Part shown: in pieces, positions 8,973 to 18,451 of the stretch
Numbering within the stretch: position 1 is the stretch's first letter
How the letters are laid out: each line of letters starts with the position of its first letter
Program-made: the position numbers and the translations under genes
NCBI GenBank assembly: GCA_001462235.1
Contig: LIUI01000155.1
Coordinates: 1,766-65,765, forward strand
Length of the DNA stretch: 64,000 nt
Direction of reading: 5' to 3'
DNA from: Fibrobacteria bacterium GUT307
GTDB taxonomy: Bacteria > Fibrobacterota > Fibrobacteria > Fibrobacterales > Fibrobacteraceae
Notes under the pieces: model-generated
Told to the model about the DNA's origin: nothing
What the model saw: only the letters and a program-made list of their open reading frames with translations
Databases searched by the model: none

Positions 8973-10022
8973 TCAAAAACTTATGGATGTGTTATGCCTT
9001 TCTGTGGTGCCACCGTAAAGCCCTATATCGTGCTCGCCTTTTTCGTTTTTAAAGAAATTTGTTCTGGGTGCGGCATTTAAAGCGGGGGAGTATGTAGAAA
9101 GCCTGTATGGCAAGGAATCAAGAGGGCTTGCCTGTGGTTTAGGTGGGGCAGCCTGAGACTCCTTGTAAATATTTTGCAAATCCGGGTCTTTTACTTCTTT
9201 GATGGGAGTTGGCAGCTTAGGGTCTTTTTTTATCATGATTTTTTCTGCTTCGCTGAATTTGAAAATGGGGTCTGTGTTCATGTTTTCAAATTTGTCTTTG
9301 GTATCTTTTTTGGAAGCCAAAATTCCAACGGGGCAATAACGGCAATCGGTATCTGCGTTTCCAAAGAATATATTGTTGCGTATGCGTGGGCTGGGTCTTG
9401 AATCGGACAAAATTCCAAAACTTGAATTTTTGTAGAAGATGTTTGCTATTATTGAAGGGCGTGAGTTGTCTATATAAATGCCTGCACTCAGATTTTTGGT
9501 AAACATACAATTAAAAACAGATACATCGCCTTCGTTTTGCAGCCAAATTCCCGTGCCGTTAGATTCAAAAAGCGTGTTCCCAATATTAAACCTGCTGAAT
9601 GAGGCATTTATCGCTTTGCTTGCACCCATAATATGCAAATATTCTATGTGGATGGTTGCTCTATCTCTGTAAGGCAATCTTATTCCATCCCATTGTATTT
9701 TACCCGGGACGTGTTCTACCGGCAAAATTCGCACAGGCTTTGTTGGCGTACCTTTTATAACCAAAGTACCATAAGCCTTTATGCTTATGCCCGTAGAATC
9801 GGACCAATCAAGTTGCTTGGTTTCACCGCATTTTTCGCCCGGCACAATATACACCACCACACCGGAATCTATGGTTAGCCGCGATGCAGGCGGAATTTGA
9901 ATATCCCCGGTTATGTAATAAGGAGAACCCTCTTCTGTCCAGGTTATAGGCATATCAATTATGCCGCAAAACTCCTCTGCAAACGCAGAAACTGCCATTA
10001 TTGCAAGAATTAAAATCCTCAT
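8973..10022 (-). CDS. Secreted right-handed parallel beta-helix repeat protein
   Basis: Signal peptide. Repeated N.F..N / I..N motifs (NCMFTKN, ANIFYKN, NNIFFGN) typical of PbH1 repeats. Confidence 0.55.
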   Translation of the reverse strand: MRILILAIMAVSAFAEEFCGIIDMPITWTEEGSPYYITGDIQIPPASRLTIDSGVVVYIVPGEKCGETKQLDWSDSTGISIKAYGTLVIKGTPTKPVRILPVEHVPGKIQWDGIRLPYRDRATIHIEYLHIMGASKAINASFSRFNIGNTLFESNGTGIWLQNEGDVSVFNCMFTKNLSAGIYIDNSRPSIIANIFYKNSSFGILSDSRPSPRIRNNIFFGNADTDCRYCPVGILASKKDTKDKFENMNTDPIFKFSEAEKIMIKKDPKLPTPIKEVKDPDLQNIYKESQAAPPKPQASPLDSLPYRLSTYSPALNAAPRTNFFKNEKGEHDIGLYGGTTERHNTSISF

Positions 10023-11125
10023 TTACGGGAAATATAGAAATCTCTATAACTTCCGTTCCCGAGTAAAATGTCTATTGGCAGTTTTTTGAATTCGTATTCG
10101 TATGGCGGGGCTTTCCATGCAAAGTCGTTTTTGTGGCGGTGGAATAGGTATTTTAAGATTTGGATTGTTGTTTCAAAGGGTAAAAATTCTTCACGCTCCA
10201 AAACATGGATTTGCGCTCCGTGGCAAATTTGCCCGGAGTATTTGTGGAATGTGGGCTGGAAATGGCTTTCCCTAAAATAAACGCCCGGCAATTTAAGGTT
10301 GTTTAGATAGTCGCACATTTCTTGGGCTTCAATCCAGGGAGCGCCAAAAAGCTCAAAGGGCTTTGTTGTGCCGCGTGCTTCGCTGATATTTGTTGCTTCT
10401 AGCAAGCATTGCCCGGGATAAACTATTGCGGTATCTAGGGTTGGCATATTAGGGGAGGGCATAATCCAAGGCAAGCCGGTTTGGTCAAACCACATATTTT
10501 TTTTATAGCCCTGCATTTCCAAAACATGAATTTCTGCACTTGGGAAGCATTCTTCTTTGAATTGCAAAGCGAGTTCGCCTATGGTTTTTCCGTGCCGCAC
10601 TTGAATGGAATGCAAACCCACAAAGCTTTTGTATTCCAAATCCAAAACCGGTCCCTCCGTTATATGGCAGCCTATAGGGTTTGGGCGGTCTATTACAATA
10701 ACAGGGATGCCGCATTTTTCTGCGGCTTTTATGCAAAGATAAAGAGTCCAAATAAAGGTGTAATACCTTGCACCTACATCCTGCAAATCAACCAAAAGCA
10801 TATCAAGATTTTTTAGCATTTCTGGCGTGGGTTCTCTGTGCTCGCCGTATAAACTGTAAATAGGAATGTTTAAGCGTGGGTCTGTGGAGCCTTCCCATTC
10901 TATCATATTGTCTTGGGTGTGCCCCAGAATTCCGTGCTGCGGGCCAAAAAGAGCAGCAAGTTTGAAGAGCGAACCGTTGTGCTTTTCTAGCGTTGCAAGG
11001 GTGTGGTGCAGGTTTGCGGTTATTGATGCGGGGTGCAAAACCGCTCCTAATCGCTTTCCCTTTAATTTTTCCGGGAAATGTTTTTCCAAATTTTCAAGGG
11101 CTAGTTTTACCATAAATCGTTCCAT
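10019..11125 (-). CDS. DUF1343 family protein (NamZ-like exo-beta-N-acetylmuramidase)
   Basis: GPQHG, YSLYG, DLQDVGARYYT and IDRPNP motifs characteristic of DUF1343. Confidence 0.75.
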   Translation of the reverse strand: MERFMVKLALENLEKHFPEKLKGKRLGAVLHPASITANLHHTLATLEKHNGSLFKLAALFGPQHGILGHTQDNMIEWEGSTDPRLNIPIYSLYGEHREPTPEMLKNLDMLLVDLQDVGARYYTFIWTLYLCIKAAEKCGIPVIVIDRPNPIGCHITEGPVLDLEYKSFVGLHSIQVRHGKTIGELALQFKEECFPSAEIHVLEMQGYKKNMWFDQTGLPWIMPSPNMPTLDTAIVYPGQCLLEATNISEARGTTKPFELFGAPWIEAQEMCDYLNNLKLPGVYFRESHFQPTFHKYSGQICHGAQIHVLEREEFLPFETTIQILKYLFHRHKNDFAWKAPPYEYEFKKLPIDILLGNGSYRDFYISRK

Positions 11126-12141
11126 GCTTTAACCTCATTGTTTTTTGTGAGCATTCCTGCTTGTTTTCTAAAAATAGCCGCTGCTGCTATCATTGCTCCG
11201 TTATCTGTGCATAGCGGGGGAGGGGGGCAAATAAAATTTAGCCCGCTCTTTTCCGCTCGTTTTGCCATGAGTTCTCTGAGCCTATAATTTGCACTAACGC
11301 CACCGCACAAAACAAGATTTTCAACGCCGTGCTTCTCTGCAGCTTTAACCGCTTTTAATGATAAAATATCCGCTATTGCCTCTTGCAAACTTGCGCAAAT
11401 ATCTGCAATATGCTCTTTTGCAAATTCCTCGCCCTTTGCTTGGACATAGCGAAGCACTGCGGTTTTTAACCCGCTAAAGGAAAAATCAAAAGAATTTGCT
11501 TCGTTCAGTGCCCTTGGAAATTCGTGAAAATTTTTATCTCCGCTTTTTGCCAAATTGCTTATTTCCACACCCGCAGGGTAGCCAAGCCCAAGAATTTTCC
11601 CGCTTTTGTCAAAAGCCTCGCCTGCAGCATCGTCTCTTGTTTTGCCAATAGAAACATATTCAAAATTAGGTTTTGCCAAAACCAATTCCGTGTGCCCACC
11701 GGAAACTATTAAGGATATTGTTGATTGTAGTAGGGGCGTTGATTTCAGTAGGGGCGTTGCAGGCAACGCCCCTACTGAATATATATGCCCTTCTAAATGG
11801 TTTATTCCGTGGCATTCCACATTTAAATCTTTCGCTAGGCCTTGGGCAAAATTGGCCCCTACCAACAAGGAACCCATTAAACCGGGGCTACAGGTGAAGG
11901 CTATTTGTTTTATTTCTTCTATGTTTATTTTTGCTTCTGTTAATGCTTGTTCTAAAACAGGGACAATTTTTTCTAGGTGAGCGCGGGATGCTAGTTCCGG
12001 GACTATGCCTCCCCAGGCTTTGTGTTCGTCTATTTGGCTATATAGGCAGTTAGATAGAACTTCTATGGAGTCTTTGTTTTCTCTAAGCACGGCGCAGGCG
12101 GTATCGTCGCAACTGCTTTCTATTCCAAGCCATAAACTCAT
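11107..12141 (-). CDS. tsaD: tRNA N6-adenosine threonylcarbamoyltransferase
   Basis: GIESSCDDT, HLEGHI, VSGGHTEL, DDAAGEAFDK, LCGGVSAN motifs. Contains an in-frame palindromic repeat (next feature). Confidence 0.9.
   Translation of the reverse strand: MSLWLGIESSCDDTACAVLRENKDSIEVLSNCLYSQIDEHKAWGGIVPELASRAHLEKIVPVLEQALTEAKINIEEIKQIAFTCSPGLMGSLLVGANFAQGLAKDLNVECHGINHLEGHIYSVGALPATPLLKSTPLLQSTISLIVSGGHTELVLAKPNFEYVSIGKTRDDAAGEAFDKSGKILGLGYPAGVEISNLAKSGDKNFHEFPRALNEANSFDFSFSGLKTAVLRYVQAKGEEFAKEHIADICASLQEAIADILSLKAVKAAEKHGVENLVLCGGVSANYRLRELMAKRAEKSGLNFICPPPPLCTDNGAMIAAAAIFRKQAGMLTKNNEVKAWNDLW
11729..11777. repeat. GC-rich palindromic element inside the tsaD coding sequence
   Basis: AGTAGGGGCGTTG occurs twice (11729-11741, 11747-11759). 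The second copy forms a perfect 15-bp hairpin CAGTAGGGGCGTTGC-AG-GCAACGCCCCTACTG (11746-11777). It shares a 13+13 nt core with 404-431. Confidence 0.8.
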
Positions 12142-13076
12142 CTTTCTACTAGGCCAAATTTATCCGGAATAACTTGCCAACCTGCTACGGAGTGGGGAAT
12201 ATGCACGGTTGGGCTAAGCTCGTCTGTATTTTCAATGGAAAATCTTGAGAACTCAATGTAAAGGTTTATGTCTTGGGGGTCTATTTTTAACAATAAATCC
12301 TTACCGCCAGAAACTTCAACATCTGCTTTTGAAGGGGATAGCGAATAGAGGTCTCTATCAAAATTGCCTATTAAACGCACGGGAATGCCGGAGAATATTC
12401 TGTGGTCTAGGGGTTCTATTTGAACCTGCACAAATACGGATGTATCTGCTATATCAACCACGGAATAAAGCGAAGACAAATCCAGTTTTACCGGCAACGA
12501 ATTGCTCCATTTTAAGTTTGTTATGGAGGCTTCCTCTGTTGGAATATGCGTTATTTTTGCTATGGTGCTTCTAGCGCCGGAAATACGGACAGAATCCGGC
12601 ATAATCTCATACTTGCCAAGAAATGTAAATCCGGGCGCAGCATTAACTTGTATTCTAGATTGAACAGGGACTTTTTTTTCTATTCTGGAATCAACTTCAA
12701 GGCTTACGGGATTTGTTTGCTTTAACCCAAGCATTTTTAAATCCGGTATGCTTGGAGAAACAAAGTTAATCCGCTCGCTTGTCACTCTGGAATATCCAAT
12801 TGGCATGTCTTTCAAATCAATTTCAAGGCGTGCGGTGCGGTTCAATTTTAAGTGAATAAGGTTTAATGCCTTCCCTTCCAGTTGCACGGGTATGGTTGGC
12901 GGTGGTGGGTAAGCCAAAGCCATATTGTCTTGAAGGTTCATAATCCTAATGGGCAAATCCATTTCTGTTATGGCTTCTTCTCTTGAAGTTACGCCAAACC
13001 AAACTATGAATCCGCACAGCAGGGATAAAAGTTTGAGGGAATGTGCCGTAAAGAATTCTTTTATTCTCTCAAACAT
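12138..13076 (-). CDS. YbbR-like domain protein
   Basis: N-terminal TM (LKLLSLLCGFIVWFGV) followed by repeated beta-rich modules of about 80 aa, as in YbbR/CdaR proteins. Confidence 0.5.
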   Translation of the reverse strand: MFERIKEFFTAHSLKLLSLLCGFIVWFGVTSREEAITEMDLPIRIMNLQDNMALAYPPPPTIPVQLEGKALNLIHLKLNRTARLEIDLKDMPIGYSRVTSERINFVSPSIPDLKMLGLKQTNPVSLEVDSRIEKKVPVQSRIQVNAAPGFTFLGKYEIMPDSVRISGARSTIAKITHIPTEEASITNLKWSNSLPVKLDLSSLYSVVDIADTSVFVQVQIEPLDHRIFSGIPVRLIGNFDRDLYSLSPSKADVEVSGGKDLLLKIDPQDINLYIEFSRFSIENTDELSPTVHIPHSVAGWQVIPDKFGLVER

Positions 13077-13091
13077 CTAATTCCCCTTTTT

Positions 13092-14705
13092 TTAAGAAGC
13101 TACGCCTAGTTTTTTCTGGTAGGAATTTAAGGAATCTATAGCATTTGTGAGAACATGGATAAAGTCCTGTGCTCCTGCCGCTTTTAAATCTTCTGCTTCT
13201 TTGGGGTTGCCTGCAACTATGCGGATAATGTTTGGGAATTCCTTTTCAAGAACAGGGAAAATTTCTTTTGCGAGTTCCAGATATTCTTCGTCTTTGGAGC
13301 AAAGAACAACTACTTGAGGAACATCCTTTTTTATGAGTTCAATGCCTGCCGCCACATTTGGAACACCATTGGTGTCTATGATGCTATAGCCGGCACAGCC
13401 AAAAAAGTTTTTGATAAATGTTGCACGAGCAAGACGCATTCCCAAATCCCCGGCAGTCCACAGGAATACCTTTGGAGCGCTTCCTGTTTTTTTGGCGTAT
13501 TCCTCTGTTTGCAAGCGGAGTTTTTCAAACACTTCCGGGCCGCGGCGAATGTTCAAAGTTGTTGTGATTTTATCGCTCATTTTTTCTTGCAAATTGGGAT
13601 ACTGGTTTGTGCCTATAAATACTTCGCGGCGTTGTGCTATGAGTTTTTCTTTTTGCTTCCAGCTTTCGTCAATGGCTTTTTGAACCGAGCCGCTTTTGAG
13701 AGCGGCTAGCAAGCCACCTTCGCTTTCCAGTTTTTTGAAGGCTTCCAAAGATTTGGAGGCTATTTGCTCAGTTAGGGTTTCTATATAGTATGAACCTGCA
13801 GATGGATCAACTATTTTGTGGAAATTGCATTCGTTTTTTAAGAGCAACTGAATATTGCGGGCTATGCGGCAACTGAATTCATCTGGTTTTTTGAATACTG
13901 CATCGTAGGGAATAACGGTGATGGAGTCTGCGCCTGCTATGGCGGCACTCATGGCTTCTGTTGTTGCACGGAGCATATTCACATTAGGGTCAAATACTGT
14001 GGCATTCCACAGCGATGTGCTTGCGTGTATTTTTGCCGTGCCTGTTACCCCGTATAATTTTAGAATATTTGCCCATAAAATGCGGAGTGCGCGAATTTTT
14101 GCAATTTCAAGGAAATACCTTGAACCAACGCTTATGCTAAAGCTTATTTGCGTGGCTGCTTGTTCTGCGGTTTGACCTGCCTCTGTAAGGGCATTTATAC
14201 GTTCCAAGCCAGCAGAGAGGGCTATGCTGAGTTCTTGTATTATATTTGCGCCTGCATTGTGGTAGCCGTGTGTTTTAACTACCGAGTTATCTTCTATAAA
14301 GTCAAAATAAACTTTGCTTTTATCTATGCCGGCAGCGAGGGCTTCTGTGTTTGCTTGGGTTCCGTACAAAAAGCATACTGCATCTGTGCCGCGTTCTAAA
14401 GCGTATTTGGCTGTAGCATTTGCAACGGCTGCATCTTGTTCGTAAATGTTTTCCCTAATTTCCCAGTTATTATCCGTTTTTTTTGTGCCACGGGCAAAGG
14501 GGAACTCTCCGGGCAGGTTATCTAAAAGCCAAGATATGCCGTCTGTGTCTGCTTTGCGGTAGTAGGGTTTAACAGCAATGCCTTCTAGGGTTTTCCAGAT
14601 AAGCTTTTTTTCGTAATCTGCCCCTTTAAGGTCTGCTTGTATAGTAGCTTCCCAATCCTCGGTGGAAATAGCCGGGAATTCTGCGAATAATTTTTCTTGG
14701 CTCAT
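13092..14705 (-). CDS. Methylmalonyl-CoA mutase family protein, small (non-catalytic, MutA-like) subunit
   Basis: MCM N-terminal pattern (WE..I...LKG..YEKKLIW.T.EGI.VKPYY). The C-terminal Rossmann region lacks the DxHxxG cobalamin-ligand motif. Confidence 0.65.
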   Translation of the reverse strand: MSQEKLFAEFPAISTEDWEATIQADLKGADYEKKLIWKTLEGIAVKPYYRKADTDGISWLLDNLPGEFPFARGTKKTDNNWEIRENIYEQDAAVANATAKYALERGTDAVCFLYGTQANTEALAAGIDKSKVYFDFIEDNSVVKTHGYHNAGANIIQELSIALSAGLERINALTEAGQTAEQAATQISFSISVGSRYFLEIAKIRALRILWANILKLYGVTGTAKIHASTSLWNATVFDPNVNMLRATTEAMSAAIAGADSITVIPYDAVFKKPDEFSCRIARNIQLLLKNECNFHKIVDPSAGSYYIETLTEQIASKSLEAFKKLESEGGLLAALKSGSVQKAIDESWKQKEKLIAQRREVFIGTNQYPNLQEKMSDKITTTLNIRRGPEVFEKLRLQTEEYAKKTGSAPKVFLWTAGDLGMRLARATFIKNFFGCAGYSIIDTNGVPNVAAGIELIKKDVPQVVVLCSKDEEYLELAKEIFPVLEKEFPNIIRIVAGNPKEAEDLKAAGAQDFIHVLTNAIDSLNSYQKKLGVAS

Positions 14706-14833
14706 TGTGTCCTCTTTGGGTTCTAAACTAGTGTAATATAGAAAAAAGCTTTATACGCAATCTCCGGCTTTCTGCTCGCTGAATTTGGAGGCCGGAACCT
14801 TGCACTGAGGGCACTTCTCAGGCGGCTCAAAAA

Positions 14834-16144
14834 TCACCGAACAAAACACTCCGTTCGGCGGTAACCGGAACCTTCTGAACCTTTTGAATAGATGAAAATG
14901 CGCTTTTCGTTTATGCCAAAAAAGTTAGATAGGGTATAGAGAATATGGAAAGACCTCTGGTAAGCTATCTCGTATGCTGCTGCTGCGGAAACCAGTTTTT
15001 CCGAATAGCCAACGCAATGGAGTTGCGAATTGGGCTTTGCCTTAAGGGTATCTGCTATTTGAGAAATTAATGCTAAATGAACCGAATCGCTTGGGCTTGT
15101 GTGGGTTTCCGGGTAATTGAACACAAAATCTGCCTCTCTGTTCAGCAAAAAATCAGGAATCGGCCGTACTGGGAAAGTATCTCTTGGAGGTGGGCTGGGT
15201 GGTAGCGGCGGCGGAGGTAGCACTGCAACCGGATGTGGTGGAGTTTCTGGTTTTATTACAAGGCTATGGCTTGTGTCAATTATTTCTTTTACAGGCTCCT
15301 GCGGTTCCTGTTTGGTTATTTTTATTATATCTTCCTCCTCCTCCTCTTCTTCAGGATTTTTTTCCAGTTCATAAGAAAAAGATAATTTTATAACAGCTCC
15401 AACACTCCAAGGGCGCCAAGATTTCCAAGTGCTGTTCACCACTACGGCCGCACCATCCGAATTTTCTACCCTTTCTACAAGCGGTAAATCTCTGTCAAAA
15501 ACCTTGTTAAAGGAATAGTCTGCGAATACACCAGCGAGTAAGGCAAAATTATCGTTTAATTTCAGTTTTATTCCACCTTCTAAAGCAAGCATTACCGATG
15601 TTTTTTTGGAAGATATCTTAGTTTTATAAGAAGTGTCTCTTTGCATGCCAAAACCTTGAAAAAGCGGCTCGGTAAGGGTTAAGGCGTATTCCGGATAATA
15701 ACCCTCGGTTTTTAAACCTCTGTAATTTATGTTTGCGTTAGCTTTTTGAGTAATCCCTATTTTTAAACCTGCAGCGGTATAATACAAATCATTGCTGTAT
15801 TTTAGCAAAATGGGAATTTGCAAAATTTGTCCGTAAAGTTCTTCCTTATAACTGTCTATTTTATAATTAAAAATTAGAGAATCCCCTGAGTTATCAAGTA
15901 TAATTGGGTTGGTTCCGCTCTGTTCGTTTGTTTTTGTGCGCCACCGCCATGAATATTCAAGACCAAGGGAGAACCCAACATTTTTAATAGGGTAAAGTGA
16001 AACAGCAAAACCCGGAACGCTATTAAATGCAAGCTCAGAAGCACCAAAGCCATAATGCACATCAATTTCATAAGAAGGTTGGGCAAAAAGCAGAGCGGGA
16101 AAAATAGCAGTTAATATAAGAGTTGAAAATTTATTCTTCAACAA
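14834..16144 (-). CDS. Outer-membrane beta-barrel protein with poly-Glu/poly-Pro linker and OmpA-like C-terminal domain
   Basis: Signal peptide, alternating beta-strand N-terminal half, EEEEEEE and PPPPLPPSPPP linker, C-terminal OmpA-like segment. Confidence 0.55.
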   Translation of the reverse strand: MLKNKFSTLILTAIFPALLFAQPSYEIDVHYGFGASELAFNSVPGFAVSLYPIKNVGFSLGLEYSWRWRTKTNEQSGTNPIILDNSGDSLIFNYKIDSYKEELYGQILQIPILLKYSNDLYYTAAGLKIGITQKANANINYRGLKTEGYYPEYALTLTEPLFQGFGMQRDTSYKTKISSKKTSVMLALEGGIKLKLNDNFALLAGVFADYSFNKVFDRDLPLVERVENSDGAAVVVNSTWKSWRPWSVGAVIKLSFSYELEKNPEEEEEEEDIIKITKQEPQEPVKEIIDTSHSLVIKPETPPHPVAVLPPPPLPPSPPPRDTFPVRPIPDFLLNREADFVFNYPETHTSPSDSVHLALISQIADTLKAKPNSQLHCVGYSEKLVSAAAAYEIAYQRSFHILYTLSNFFGINEKRIFIYSKGSEGSGYRRTECFVR

Positions 16145-16853
16145 AGTAAACCCCCGCTGGAGTATTTTCGGATTTAGCTATTGCCGGAGCTATGCTTTTT
16201 GCATTGTATTCACAAGTAGAAACTCTCATACCATCTTTTGTGTGCATGGTGGCTGTGTAGGCAGCTTGGGAATCTAAAGTATCTTTGCTACTGGGGCCTG
16301 CGGAATAGAATTGCATTTCGCTTATTGCGATTTTATTTTTAAACCATTTGTAGTCTATAAATTCATAGCCTCCGTTTGTTTGCGGATTACTGTTTATGAA
16401 TAATACATTATTCCATTTTTGCCCTGCTACGGTATCAAATGGAACTGGGGTTTCTATGAGTAGGGTATGGTTTTCCGTATAAGTGAGGTCTGATGAGAGT
16501 AGGGTATAAGTGATGGTGTCTAGTCTGGGCTTGCCGGAATTAGCAATGGGCCATTCAAATTCGTAGAGAAAAAGACCGCCGTCTTCGTTAATCTTTATAG
16601 GAGAGGGACGATCTTTATTGCTCAAAGCCAAAACTATGCCTGCTTCACGTATTTTTATTTGGAAATTCAGTTTTTTTATGTTGCATTCTTCTACTACATA
16701 GTATTTTTGCAGTTTCTGTACATCGCTCAAAGCGGAGTCCATGTAAAATTTTGGTGTTCCTTCAATCTTGTGCCAAATACTTGTTTGGCTGCCCGCCTGC
16801 GCTCTTGCCATGGAAAGGGCGGCAAAAAACACTGCAATACATAGCTTTTGCAT
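16131..16853 (-). CDS. Hypothetical secreted protein
   Basis: 240-aa ORF with signal peptide (AVFFAALSMARA). No family recognised. Confidence 0.5.
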   Translation of the reverse strand: MQKLCIAVFFAALSMARAQAGSQTSIWHKIEGTPKFYMDSALSDVQKLQKYYVVEECNIKKLNFQIKIREAGIVLALSNKDRPSPIKINEDGGLFLYEFEWPIANSGKPRLDTITYTLLSSDLTYTENHTLLIETPVPFDTVAGQKWNNVLFINSNPQTNGGYEFIDYKWFKNKIAISEMQFYSAGPSSKDTLDSQAAYTATMHTKDGMRVSTCEYNAKSIAPAIAKSENTPAGVYFVEE

Positions 16854-16854
16854 A

Positions 16855-17388
16855 TCAAAGCCCCATCAATTTTTTTACCGTTTTTTCCACCAAATCCAAT
16901 GGAATATCACGAGTTTCGTCAAAGCTTACATCAACTGCATCTTGCCCGGGTTTTAGAGCTACATAAGCTTTGCCTTGTATTTTGAATTTTTTTACGCTGG
17001 GCAATGCCAAAATCTTAAAAAGGTCTAGCTGAACCGCACCGGAAAAACTTATCTGGCTATTGCCAGACGATATCCATTTTGATTGTTGCAGGCTAAATGG
17101 GACTTCAAATAGGGAATCTAAATGAATTAAACCGTTTAAATCTTGAACAAATAAGGAATCTTTGCCTGCGTTGTATGAGTTTAGAATTATGCTGAATTTG
17201 AGCGAATCTCCGGTAAAGCCATCTATCTGGGCTTTTTGGAATGTAAATTTGCATTTTTTTAGAATATTTGCGGCTTGTATTTTTTTTGAGGTGGAACAGG
17301 AGAAAATTAGGAATGCAAGCCCTAGGCAAATTACTACCTTTGCCAATATGCTTGAATTTTTAACAAAAAGAGTTCCAGAGTTACGCAT
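16855..17388 (-). CDS. Hypothetical lipoprotein (possibly LEA14-like fold)
   Basis: Internal Met at 17388 gives a lipoprotein signal (LAFLIFSC). The longer 281-aa version upstream looks non-coding. Confidence 0.45.
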   Translation of the reverse strand: MRNSGTLFVKNSSILAKVVICLGLAFLIFSCSTSKKIQAANILKKCKFTFQKAQIDGFTGDSLKFSIILNSYNAGKDSLFVQDLNGLIHLDSLFEVPFSLQQSKWISSGNSQISFSGAVQLDLFKILALPSVKKFKIQGKAYVALKPGQDAVDVSFDETRDIPLDLVEKTVKKLMGL

Positions 17389-17950
17389 ACGGGTTGAATT
17401 TACAAACTTTGCAGCGGTTATATTGCTTTTTGCAGGGCTTGCAGTGGCGGCTATAAACGTAAGCACCGCCGAGAATGCAGAAATAGCCGCTTTTATTGAA
17501 AACGAGAGCAAAAAAATTTTGCAAGTCCCGGATTCTCTTGTTTTGAATTTGAATTTTCTCACAGCAAAAAACGAGCATAGCCGTGCTGGGATCTTATTTT
17601 TTATAGGCGAGCGGGAAGTTTCAATCAAGGCAGAATACACTATGGATTTGCCGGTAGGGCAGTTCAAGGGAACTTTACGAGCAGATACATCTTGGTTCAC
17701 CGGCTATTGCGGAATGGTTGAGTGCCTTGCCAAGCCTATGCCTGCGGAGCAGAGGATAGATACTCTAAAAGCACTTGTTTTAAGGATTTTGGCAGAATTG
17801 AATAGCAAAATGCGTGGTTTAAGCGTAAACTCCGCTGCCGCTGTTCCTGCTGTTGATACCACAACTGCCGATACCACTACTGTTCCTGCTAATGTTACTG
17901 CAGATAGTGATAGCGTTCCTGCGGTGGAAGAAGTTTCGCAAGGGGATTAA
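17348..17950 (+). CDS. Hypothetical membrane-anchored protein with Thr/Ala/Val-rich tail
   Basis: ATG at 17348, TM segment FAAVILLFAGLAVAAINV. Overlaps the divergent lipoprotein start by about 40 nt, so the start, or the gene itself, is uncertain. Confidence 0.35.
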   Translation: MLEFLTKRVPELRIRVEFTNFAAVILLFAGLAVAAINVSTAENAEIAAFIENESKKILQVPDSLVLNLNFLTAKNEHSRAGILFFIGEREVSIKAEYTMDLPVGQFKGTLRADTSWFTGYCGMVECLAKPMPAEQRIDTLKALVLRILAELNSKMRGLSVNSAAAVPAVDTTTADTTTVPANVTADSDSVPAVEEVSQGD

Positions 17951-17970
17951 CTCAAAAATGGGAGGAAAAG

Positions 17971-18435
17971 ATGCAAAAAGAAACGATAACAAATGATGGC
18001 TTGCATAGCTTGATAGAGCATAATATCCTTATTGTATGGAAGCCAGAATACAATTTGGGAATATCTATTATTGACGAGCAGCATCGGGGAATTGTGACCA
18101 CCATAAATTCTCTTTTTTATGCAATGCAAAACAAGCATGGCGAAAATGTTCTCAAATCGGTGATTAACATGGTTACCGAATACACGCACATTCATTTTCA
18201 GGTAGAAGAAGACTTCCTCCGCAAGTGCAATTTCCCGGATTTTAAAAAGCATCTGGAATGGCACGATAATTTGAGGCAAACGCTCTCCAATACAGGTAGC
18301 AAAAGCCTATGGGATCGCGATCCGCAAAAATTTTTGGAGTTTCTCAAAGACTGGTGGATTGACCATATTTGCGAAAAAGACAGGATTTTCCGGGACTACC
18401 TTTTTCCGCGAGCGGAACAAGGGGTTCGCCTATAG
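17971..18435 (+). CDS. Hemerythrin-like metal-binding protein
   Basis: W...Y.LGI..IDEQH..., H.HF..EE, H...H and DWW..HI motifs of bacteriohemerythrins. Confidence 0.8.
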   Translation: MQKETITNDGLHSLIEHNILIVWKPEYNLGISIIDEQHRGIVTTINSLFYAMQNKHGENVLKSVINMVTEYTHIHFQVEEDFLRKCNFPDFKKHLEWHDNLRQTLSNTGSKSLWDRDPQKFLEFLKDWWIDHICEKDRIFRDYLFPRAEQGVRL

Positions 18436-18451
18436 CCACGGGGGGAGGCTC

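Noticed and set aside
14706-14833. Possible cobalamin riboswitch upstream of the MCM-like gene
   Set aside because: No B12-box (GCCACTG-like core) is visible. The hairpins there are better read as terminators of the upstream OmpA-like gene, followed by a normal -10 box.
16855-17700. Full 281-aa minus-strand ORF
   Set aside because: The N-terminal 104 residues have no protein-like features and are antisense to a plausible plus-strand ORF. The internal Met at 17388 gives a proper lipoprotein signal.
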